Assembly: GCF_003634275.1 (NCBI RefSeq)
Contig: NZ_RBWY01000002.1
Coordinates: forward strand, 407,571-431,570
Source: Orbus hercynius
Lineage (GTDB): Bacteria; Pseudomonadota; Gammaproteobacteria; Enterobacterales; Orbaceae
DNA length: 24,000 bases
Direction of reading: 5' to 3'
This document shows positions 1-12,806 of this stretch, piece after piece. Under the pieces are notes generated by a model. It saw only the letters and a list, made by a program, of their open reading frames with translations, did not search any database and was not told the DNA's origin. Each line of letters starts with the position of its first letter. Position 1 is the stretch's first letter. A program made the translations under genes and the position numbers.

Positions 1-212
1 TTAGCGCGAATATCTCGGCAAATATCAAAACCTGATTTTCCTGGCAGCATCACATCTAAAATGAGCAAATCAGGCAATATTTGATTGATTGCATTTTCCG
101 CGGTATCGCCACGATTATGCGAAAACACCTGATAATTAAATCGAGATAAATAGGTAACGATTAGCTGAGTCAGTCGTTCATCATCTTCAATAATGAGTAT
201 TTTATTATTCAT
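1..212 (-). CDS. OmpR/PhoB-type response regulator, N-terminal receiver domain only (gene continues beyond the window start)
   Basis: Hand translation of the reverse strand from the ATG at 212-210 gives MNNKILIIEDDERLTQLIVTYLSRFNYQVFSHNRGDTAENAINQILPDLLILDVMLPGKSGFDICRDIRA. The acidic EDD pocket and the LLILDVMLPG phospho-acceptor context are typical of CheY-like receivers. It is absent from the ORF track because it runs off the window. Confidence 0.8.
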   Translation of the reverse strand, partial: MNNKILIIEDDERLTQLIVTYLSRFNYQVFSHNRGDTAENAINQILPDLLILDVMLPGKSGFDICRDIRA

Positions 213-388
213 GTCATTACGTTAATTTAAAATGCTTTAAATTTAAGACAATAACGGATGCCATATTGCCCCTCTGTTACAAAATCAACACAAACTCACT
301 AAATTGTTTGTTCGCAAACTACGTTAAAATCACTATCAATTAGTCGGCGATGCCAGTAGTGTAGTTTATTTGAGGGAAGAAATATAGT

Positions 389-1174
389 ATGAGTACTTTT
401 TTTTCAATATCAGATGCTGTGTATTTATCAAAAAAAGAGACTTATTCATTACAGACAAATAGTCCCATTGTTTTGTGCGATTTTGATGGCACGATTTCGT
501 TAGATGATGTGACCGATACCCTGCTTGCGCATTTCGGCCAAGATGGCTGCGATGAGCTTGAAGCGCGTTGGGAAGCGGGTGAAATTGGTTCTCAAGAGTG
601 TATGAGTAAACAAATTGCTTTACTAGATGCTTCTTTAGATGAAGTTAATCAAGTATTAGCGGGTATTGAGATCGATCCATACTTTAAGGCGTTTGTACGC
701 AGTGCTCAAGACAATAATATAGCGGTCCATATTGTGAGTGATGGATTAGATTACGCAATCAAAACGATTTTGGCTAATCACCAATTGGATTTTTTACCAG
801 TTTATGCCAATACGTTATTGCATGATAATGTACGTGGCTGGAGCTTACAGTTCCCCTACAGTGATGTGAATTGTCAAAAGCAAAGTGGCAATTGTAAATG
901 TTCTCATGTACGCAAACAGTGCAAAAACTTTTTTCCAATTCTGTATGTCGGCGATGGGTCCTCTGATTTTTGTGTGTCCAACAAAGTTGATTACGTGTTT
1001 GCGAAAGATAAGCTCATTGATTTTTGTCAGCACAATCAGATTAATCATCGGCCAATTAATAGCTTTGACAATGTGATCGAATTGATTCCAACCATTCGCA
1101 AAACATTTCAATCACGGCTAATGAGATCGCCATTAACCAATGCGGAATACAATGAAGGGTTAATTTTATTATGA
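389..1174 (+). CDS. HAD-IB superfamily phosphatase (MtnX / PHOSPHO1-like subfamily)
   Basis: 261-aa ORF. HAD motif I is DFDGT (res 31-35) and motif IV is GDGSSD (res 188-193). A four-Cys insertion (C162, C169, C171, C178) matches what I recall for the MtnX/PHOSPHO cap region. A GAGGG Shine-Dalgarno lies upstream of the ATG. Confidence 0.75.
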   Translation: MSTFFSISDAVYLSKKETYSLQTNSPIVLCDFDGTISLDDVTDTLLAHFGQDGCDELEARWEAGEIGSQECMSKQIALLDASLDEVNQVLAGIEIDPYFKAFVRSAQDNNIAVHIVSDGLDYAIKTILANHQLDFLPVYANTLLHDNVRGWSLQFPYSDVNCQKQSGNCKCSHVRKQCKNFFPILYVGDGSSDFCVSNKVDYVFAKDKLIDFCQHNQINHRPINSFDNVIELIPTIRKTFQSRLMRSPLTNAEYNEGLILL

Positions 1175-2031
1175 TTCAAGATTCTACGTTCTTTTTACCC
1201 GGTAATCGTAATGGTGTATTACTCATTCATGGCTTAACGGGTACGCCAACCGAAATGCGCATTATTGGTAAAGGATTGAATAAAGCCGGATTTACTGTTT
1301 ATGGTATGCAGCTTGCCGGTCATTGTGGTGATGAAAATGATCTTGCACAAACAACATGGCAAGATTGGTATCGTAGCGTTGAACGAGCCGCTGATTTTCT
1401 GTTAGCGGAAAAGATTGATAACCTATTTGTTGCAGGACTATCAATGGGCGCGGTATTGTCACTGAAATTAGCTGCGGATAGACCAGAGCAAATTAAAGCG
1501 GTTGGCGTTTATGGTGTCACGTTCTCTTACGATGGTTGGAGTATTCCTTGGTGGGCAAAACGTTTCTTTTTCTTACTTAAGTTACTCAAAAAACTCAATC
1601 TTTTTCAAAAGGCCTGTTTTACTGAGCAGCCACCTTATGGACTTAAAGATGAACGTATCCGAGCAACGGTATCGGAAAGCATGCTAAGTGGTGATAGCGC
1701 CTCAGCGGGGCTTGCCGGTAATCCCTTTCCTGCGCTAGCGGAGATGTTATATTTAGTAAAACAAGTTAAACAGCAATTGCCACAAGTCACCGCACCGTGC
1801 TTGATCATGCATTCAAGTCATGATGATATTGCTAATATTAATACCAATGCGCGCTTAGTACAAAAACGGATAAGTGGGCCGAGTAAACTCGTCGAGCTTG
1901 ATGAAAGTTATCATCTTATTACCATTGACCGGGAACGACGAACCGTTATTAATGAAAGTATTGATTTTTTTAATGCGGCAATCGCACCAGCAGTAACGGG
2001 TGCTGATAACAATGTGCAAGGAGCGAGATAA
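1171..2031 (+). CDS. alpha/beta-fold hydrolase (carboxylesterase / lysophospholipase-like)
   Basis: 286-aa ORF. LLIHGLTG oxyanion-region motif, GLSMGA nucleophile elbow (GxSxG), and a later HSSHDD Asp and SYH His consistent with a Ser-Asp-His triad. The start overlaps the upstream stop (ATGA at 1171-1174). Confidence 0.8.
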   Translation: MIQDSTFFLPGNRNGVLLIHGLTGTPTEMRIIGKGLNKAGFTVYGMQLAGHCGDENDLAQTTWQDWYRSVERAADFLLAEKIDNLFVAGLSMGAVLSLKLAADRPEQIKAVGVYGVTFSYDGWSIPWWAKRFFFLLKLLKKLNLFQKACFTEQPPYGLKDERIRATVSESMLSGDSASAGLAGNPFPALAEMLYLVKQVKQQLPQVTAPCLIMHSSHDDIANINTNARLVQKRISGPSKLVELDESYHLITIDRERRTVINESIDFFNAAIAPAVTGADNNVQGAR

Positions 2032-2387
2032 TGTCACTACTGGCGATAGCATTATGGCTTGCCAATATCTCTTTTGATACATTGGGGCAAATTTCATTCA
2101 AATATGCAGCTGTCACTAAACAAGATAGTGAAGGTTTACAATATTGGAAAGCATTATTTCGTAATTATTGGGTCTGGATTGGGATTAGCGCTTATGTTGC
2201 TGAGTTTCTACTTTGGCTGGCATTTTTAACATTAGTTCCGTTGTTTCAGGGCGTTTTAATGGTGTCACTTAATATTATTACGGTCATGATTGTGGGACGA
2301 ATATTATTTAATGAAAAGCTTACTAACTTGCGTATTATTGGCATGGCTTTCATTATGGTCGGTGTGATTTTTGTAGGAGCAAGTTAA
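2031..2387 (+). CDS. small 4-TM EamA/DMT half-transporter, ArnE/SMR-like, subunit 1
   Basis: 118-aa hydrophobic ORF with about four helices and an EamA-like C-terminal pattern (LFNEKLTNLRIIGMAFIMVGVIFV). AAGGAG lies 7 nt upstream. TAATG stop/start overlap with the hydrolase gene. Confidence 0.6.
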   Translation: MSLLAIALWLANISFDTLGQISFKYAAVTKQDSEGLQYWKALFRNYWVWIGISAYVAEFLLWLAFLTLVPLFQGVLMVSLNIITVMIVGRILFNEKLTNLRIIGMAFIMVGVIFVGAS

Positions 2388-2797
2388 TGCGTAAGTTTTA
2401 TTTGATTGGTTTTGCACTATTACTTTTTTTTGATACGGTTGCACATTGTAGTTTTAAAATGACGGCATTAGTTGCCGAGCCATTAGAGGCGAATACAGAT
2501 TGGTTATGGCGTGTGTTTAGCCAACAGTGGGTTTATTTGGCGATATTCGGTTATATTTTAACCTTTTTTACGTGGATGACCTTATTGAGAAAGGCCCCAA
2601 TTGGGCCTGCTTTTGCCGCTTCACATTTAGAGGTAGTCACGGTGATGATTGCTTCTGTTTGGCTTTTTAATGAACAAATTACACTAACGCGGATATTAGG
2701 CGCACTGTTTATTGTCACGGGCATTATTTTTCTAGCTTTTGCAGAAAAACAGATCTTGGAGCAAAGTGCAAAACGTGACGCGCCGAGTAATGTGTAA
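2387..2797 (+). CDS. small 4-TM EamA/DMT half-transporter, ArnF/SMR-like, subunit 2
   Basis: 136-aa hydrophobic ORF. It is a paralog of the preceding gene: both have F15-D16-T17 and S22-F23-K24 at identical positions. AGGAG lies 7 nt upstream. TAATG overlap with the upstream gene. Confidence 0.6.
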   Translation: MRKFYLIGFALLLFFDTVAHCSFKMTALVAEPLEANTDWLWRVFSQQWVYLAIFGYILTFFTWMTLLRKAPIGPAFAASHLEVVTVMIASVWLFNEQITLTRILGALFIVTGIIFLAFAEKQILEQSAKRDAPSNV

Positions 2798-2923
2798 TGA
2801 TTAAGTAAACATTATTGGGGCAAAATGTTACACAAATGATACATTAATGCTCTACTGTTACTGTCTGTTTGCCTCTATCATGCCGACGGACACTAAATTT
2901 CATTTAATTTTTGGAGTAAAACT

Positions 2924-4330
2924 ATGAGTAAACCAACCGCTGACTTAGTGAGTCAACTTCCAAGCGATGAACAATTGTTAGCAGATGAAGCTAAATACTG
3001 CTCTTATGGTGACACTGTCCACTATGCCACTCCTGCAAAGATTTTTGTTGGTTGTGATGGTAGTTATATGTACGATCGAGATGGCAAACCTTACCTTGAT
3101 CTACAAATGTGGTACTCCGCATGTAATTTTGGTTATTCAAATAAACGTCTTGATGATGTATTAAAAAAACAAATCGATACTTTGCCACAATGTGCAAGCC
3201 AGTACTTACATCCAACTAAAATTGAATTAGCGAAAACTATTGCGCAAGATATGGAGCGTAAGTTTAATTTACCAGGTCGCGTTCACTTTAACGTCGGTGG
3301 TTCACAGTGTATCGAAGACTCATTAAAATTAGTGCGTAATGCGTCAAATGGTAAAAGCTTGATGTTTGCTTTCGAAGGCGGCTACCATGGACGTACATTA
3401 GGTGCTTCATCAATTACATCAAGTTACCGTTACCGTCGTCGTTATGGCCATTTTGGTGAAAGAGCGATGTTTATCCCTTTCCCTTATCCATTCCGTCGCC
3501 CTAAAGGTATGACTGCAGAAGAATACGGTGATCACTGTGTGAATCAATTTGCGCGTTTATTTGAAACAGAATATAACGGGGTTTGGGATCCAAAAGCCAG
3601 CCAGTCTGAATACGCGGCATTTTATGTTGAGCCATTACAAGGTACCGGCGGTTATGTTGTTCCACCACGTAACTTCTTTAAAGGTTTGAAAAAAGTTCTT
3701 GATCAGTACGGTATTTTAATGGTTGTTGATGAGATTCAAATGGGCTTTTACCGAACAGGTAAATTATGGTCGATTGAACATTTTGACGTTAAACCTGACG
3801 TGTTAGTTTTTGCTAAAGCATTAACCAATGGTTTAAACCCATTAGGCGGAATGTGGGCGCGTGAAGAGTTAATTAACCCAACGATCTTCCCAGTTGGATC
3901 AACTCACTCAACCTTTGCATCCAACCCAATTGGTACAGCGTTAGGTTTAGAAGTCATGAAAATGACTCAAGAAACTGACTATGAAGCGATGGTAATGGAT
4001 AAAGGTGCTTATTTCCTTGACGGTCTACGTGAACTTGAAAAACGCCATAAAGAGATCGGTGAAGTGGATGGTCTTGGGCTTGCATTACGTGCGGAAATCT
4101 GCACTGAAGATGGTTATACACCAAACAAACCGTTACTTGATAAAATGTTTGATCTTGGACTTGCGGGTAACTTAGATTGGAAAGGCCAAAAAATGGGCTT
4201 AGTACTTGATGTGGGTGGATATTACAAAAATGTTATCACCTTTGCACCATCACTACATATCAGTAAACCTGAAATTGACCAAGCAATCGAATTATTGGAT
4301 CAATTGTTAACACTTGCTAAAAAATCTTAA
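2924..4330 (+). CDS. class-III (PLP fold type I) aminotransferase, substrate unknown
   Basis: 468-aa ORF. DEIQMGFYRTGKLWS followed by VFAKALTNG (Schiff-base Lys context) and EGGYHGRT are typical of the acetylornithine/GABA/putrescine aminotransferase class. The N-terminal LGH.HP block is replaced by NFGYSNKRL, so it is a divergent member. TGGAG RBS upstream. Confidence 0.85.
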   Translation: MSKPTADLVSQLPSDEQLLADEAKYCSYGDTVHYATPAKIFVGCDGSYMYDRDGKPYLDLQMWYSACNFGYSNKRLDDVLKKQIDTLPQCASQYLHPTKIELAKTIAQDMERKFNLPGRVHFNVGGSQCIEDSLKLVRNASNGKSLMFAFEGGYHGRTLGASSITSSYRYRRRYGHFGERAMFIPFPYPFRRPKGMTAEEYGDHCVNQFARLFETEYNGVWDPKASQSEYAAFYVEPLQGTGGYVVPPRNFFKGLKKVLDQYGILMVVDEIQMGFYRTGKLWSIEHFDVKPDVLVFAKALTNGLNPLGGMWAREELINPTIFPVGSTHSTFASNPIGTALGLEVMKMTQETDYEAMVMDKGAYFLDGLRELEKRHKEIGEVDGLGLALRAEICTEDGYTPNKPLLDKMFDLGLAGNLDWKGQKMGLVLDVGGYYKNVITFAPSLHISKPEIDQAIELLDQLLTLAKKS

Positions 4331-4340
4331 TCTAACATAC

Positions 4341-4369
4341 GGCTATCTCAATAACTGAGATAGTCTTTT
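4341..4369 (+). terminator. rho-independent terminator after the aminotransferase gene
   Basis: Perfect 8-bp stem CTATCTCA (4343-4350) / TGAGATAG (4356-4363), 5-nt loop, followed by TCTTTT. Confidence 0.6.
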
Positions 4370-4475
4370 GTGACGATAACCGCCGTTATACTCTGTTCTT
4401 GCCTGCTTAACGTGGCGTAAGAATATAAATTGAGTGCGTGTACCGCCTCACATTTAGCTGATTTTGAGAATTCAC

Positions 4476-5558
4476 ATGCAGTATTTAAATCAATTAGAAC
4501 CGAACGAACTTGTTAATAACTTTTTAGCTAATCCGCCTGTCGATTTTATTGCATGGAAGACGGCTGATGGCCTACCAATGTTTGAGGCTAGGTTCGATTT
4601 ATTAACAACTCTGGAGCCTGCATTACGTACTAAGCTAATGAAGTTACCGCTTTATCGTATATGGGGTAAATGGCTCTGTTTCAAAACTGCGTTTATTGGT
4701 ACAACTGTATCGGAATATGCACTCTTACCATCGGATATGATTGCCCAGACAATCGCCCAAGTTTTAAAGGCAGATTATGCTAAAAAATATGCCTTTTTAA
4801 TTGTTAAAGATTTACCTAATCAATCGCTATTATTGGATGATAGGGCCAATACGACCAGTGCTGTATTGGCTCAGCAGTTGAAACAACAGCAGTTTATTGC
4901 CGTAGAAGGACAGGCTTTAGCATTTGTACCATGTGATTTTGCCTCTATCGATGAGTACTTATCTCGCTTATCTTACAGCCGCCGTAAAAACTTTCGGCGT
5001 AAGTTAAAAGCGGCTAAAGATCTGGATGTCAGAATTAAGCATAGTGGTGATGCGTGTTTTTTTGAACACGCTGAGCTCGATTATTATTATCAGCTTTATT
5101 TAAATGTCTACCAACAAAGTGATATCCATTTTGATTTGCTCAGTCCGCAATTTTTTCAAACACTATTACAAGATAAGCGTAATAATAGTGTAATTTTTAC
5201 CTATTACCACAATGATCAGCTAATTGGTTATAATATCTGTTTTATTGTTAATGAGACGTTAGTTGATAAATATGTAGGATTTGTCTACCCTGACTCCTAT
5301 GATTTTAATTTATATTATGTTAGCTGGTTCTATAATTTACAGTTTATGCTCGATAAGCAGCTAAAATATTATATTGCCGGTTGGACCGATCCAGAAGTGA
5401 AATCTAGTTTAGGTGCAAAGTTTACTTTTACCCAACATTTTGTGCATATTCGTAATCCGATTTTAAGATGGGTTTTATCTCGATTAAGTAAATATTTTGA
5501 AACTGACTCATTGCTATTAGAGCGAGAGCAACACAACAAAAGTAATCAAAAAGGTTAA
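4476..5558 (+). CDS. FemAB/CelD/BioF2-like GNAT-superfamily acyl- or aminoacyl-transferase (putative)
   Basis: The ORF track gives 4464 (TTG). I prefer the in-frame ATG at 4476 (MQYLNQ...). The basic block SRRKNFRRKLKAAKDLDVRI followed by a GNAT-like C-terminal half resembles the Acetyltransf_6/FemAB-like families as I remember them. No search was run. Confidence 0.5.
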   Translation: MQYLNQLEPNELVNNFLANPPVDFIAWKTADGLPMFEARFDLLTTLEPALRTKLMKLPLYRIWGKWLCFKTAFIGTTVSEYALLPSDMIAQTIAQVLKADYAKKYAFLIVKDLPNQSLLLDDRANTTSAVLAQQLKQQQFIAVEGQALAFVPCDFASIDEYLSRLSYSRRKNFRRKLKAAKDLDVRIKHSGDACFFEHAELDYYYQLYLNVYQQSDIHFDLLSPQFFQTLLQDKRNNSVIFTYYHNDQLIGYNICFIVNETLVDKYVGFVYPDSYDFNLYYVSWFYNLQFMLDKQLKYYIAGWTDPEVKSSLGAKFTFTQHFVHIRNPILRWVLSRLSKYFETDSLLLEREQHNKSNQKG

Positions 5559-5563
5559 TAATA

Positions 5564-6439
5564 ATGAAAACTCCAATTATTCTTAATTTTGATAATAGTG
5601 TTGGTCATATTGCTGGAGCATTAAATATTGACCTATCGGCTTATCAAGAACAGATCCGTTTTGGTTGCGCTAAACGGGCTTATCAACAATTAGCGGATTA
5701 TTTAACCCCTAATTTACCGACTAATAACCTTGGTACGGTACTGATGGGCAGTGGTGATTATCATCATTTGAGTTTATTTTTGATCGAGCGATTAGCCAAA
5801 GATTATAGCGCAAAAAATCCAATACAAGTTGTTGTATTCGATAATCACCCAGATAATATGCGTTTTCCATTTGGCATTCACTGTGGTTCTTGGGTTAGTC
5901 ACGTGGCAAAACTTCCTTTTGTCCATCATGTTCATGTGATGGGCATTTCATCGGGTGATATTGGTGCCGCTCATGCTTGGGAAAATCGATTACTGCCGTT
6001 GTATCGTAACAAACTCAGCTATTGGATCTTAAATCGACCGGTGAATTGGCCAAAATATGTCGGGCTTATGAAAGCCTTTCACTGTTTTGATTCGGCCGAT
6101 GAGCTGATTTCGGCATTTATTGCACAACAAGATAAAATGGCGCTGCCGACTTACTTGTCTATCGATAAAGATGTATTAAGTGAAGAGATCATCAAAACCA
6201 ATTGGGATCAGGGGCAGCTACAAACTTATCATTTGATTGATACGATTGCCGCACTAGGAAGTCACATTATTGGTAGTGATATTACCGGTGAGTTGTCATC
6301 TTATCATTATAAGACTGCATGGAAACGCTTATTAAGTTCACTTGATGGTCAAGTTGAAATTCCCGCCAATAAGCTAGCAAAATGGCAGGCAGAGCAACAT
6401 CAACTGAATTTAGACCTGTTACAATTACTCAATGAATAA
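5564..6439 (+). CDS. arginase/agmatinase-fold (ureohydrolase superfamily) metallohydrolase, divergent
   Basis: 291-aa ORF with all four ureohydrolase signature blocks in the canonical order and spacing: GSGDYHH (64-68), DNHPD (93-97, DxHxD), SIDKD (199-203, SxDxD) and GSDITGE (236-242). Confidence 0.6.
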   Translation: MKTPIILNFDNSVGHIAGALNIDLSAYQEQIRFGCAKRAYQQLADYLTPNLPTNNLGTVLMGSGDYHHLSLFLIERLAKDYSAKNPIQVVVFDNHPDNMRFPFGIHCGSWVSHVAKLPFVHHVHVMGISSGDIGAAHAWENRLLPLYRNKLSYWILNRPVNWPKYVGLMKAFHCFDSADELISAFIAQQDKMALPTYLSIDKDVLSEEIIKTNWDQGQLQTYHLIDTIAALGSHIIGSDITGELSSYHYKTAWKRLLSSLDGQVEIPANKLAKWQAEQHQLNLDLLQLLNE

Positions 6440-6450
6440 CGCGATTTGCT

Positions 6451-6480
6451 GCCGCTATATTTGGTATTTAATATCGCGGC
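6451..6480 (+). terminator. stem-loop after the arginase-fold gene (possible terminator, weak U-tract)
   Basis: GCCGCTATAT (6451-6460) pairs with ATATCGCGGC (6471-6480) with one mismatch and a 10-nt loop. There is no clear T-run afterwards. Confidence 0.4.
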
Positions 6481-6615
6481 TACAATCAGATCTTATTCTG
6501 CACTAAAATAGTACATTTCTTCCCAGTCATCGTACATTTGCTTTATGATGATCCATTAATTCTATTAATACCCACAATGCTGTTATGAAATTATTGACTT
6601 ATAAGTGGAATTTAT

Positions 6616-6644
6616 TTGACCAAAATCGCTTTTATCGCTAATTT
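6616..6644 (+). promoter_or_regulatory. candidate sigma-70 promoter for gltBD
   Basis: TTGACC (6616-6621), 17-nt spacer, TAATTT (6639-6644), about 100 nt upstream of the gltB ATG. Identified by eye only. Confidence 0.35.
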
Positions 6645-6746
6645 TTGTCCTAATATCGTGGCATTTGTTTTGTTTATGGTCTTTGCCTTAGGGGAATTAC
6701 TGTTGCGAGCTGATGTAGAGATAAAAAATGATTAAGAGGCAATGAT

Positions 6747-12630
<5,884 letters not shown>

Positions 12631-12655
12631 TATCTGCGTTTAATCCTATTATTGT

Positions 12656-12686
12656 AAAAATGCCACTTTATTCGGTGGCATTTATT
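12656..12686 (+). terminator. rho-independent terminator of gltBD
   Basis: AAATGCCAC (12658-12666) pairs with GTGGCATTT (12675-12683), 8-nt loop, T-rich 3' side (TTTATT). Confidence 0.7.
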
Positions 12687-12723
12687 AACAATATTAATTC
12701 AGTCCATCGGAAATTATAAGTTC

Positions 12724-12752
12724 TTTACATTATTTCTTAATAACGCTAGTAT
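12724..12752 (+). promoter_or_regulatory. candidate sigma-70 promoter of the LuxR-family gene
   Basis: TTTACA (12724-12729), 17-nt spacer, TAGTAT (12747-12752). A perfect TATAAT also occurs at 12768-12773 but without a good -35. Confidence 0.35.
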
Positions 12753-12806
12753 GACTAATCTCTTTCGTATAATTTGTTTAAATCATCATAATTAGGTTAA
12801 TCCAGA

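Noticed and set aside
237-246. Perfect 10-bp palindrome TTAAATTTAA near the response-regulator start. GCAATATTGC at 23304-23313 upstream of vgrG is similar.
   Set aside because: Short A/T-only or A/T-dominated palindromes are expected by chance in AT-rich spacers, and there is no second copy or partner motif.
845-1111. Nested or antisense ORFs inside the accessory-cluster genes (845-1111 minus, 885-1076 plus, 1502-1687 plus, 1855-2097 minus, 2991-3215 minus).
   Set aside because: They overlap longer ORFs that carry clear family motifs and proper RBS and coupling signals. Their translations have no recognisable features.
4464-4475. TTG start at 4464 for the FemAB-like acyltransferase (MRIH-MQYL...).
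   Set aside because: An in-frame ATG lies four codons downstream (4476) and is the more parsimonious start. Neither has a strong SD, so this remains uncertain by 12 nt.
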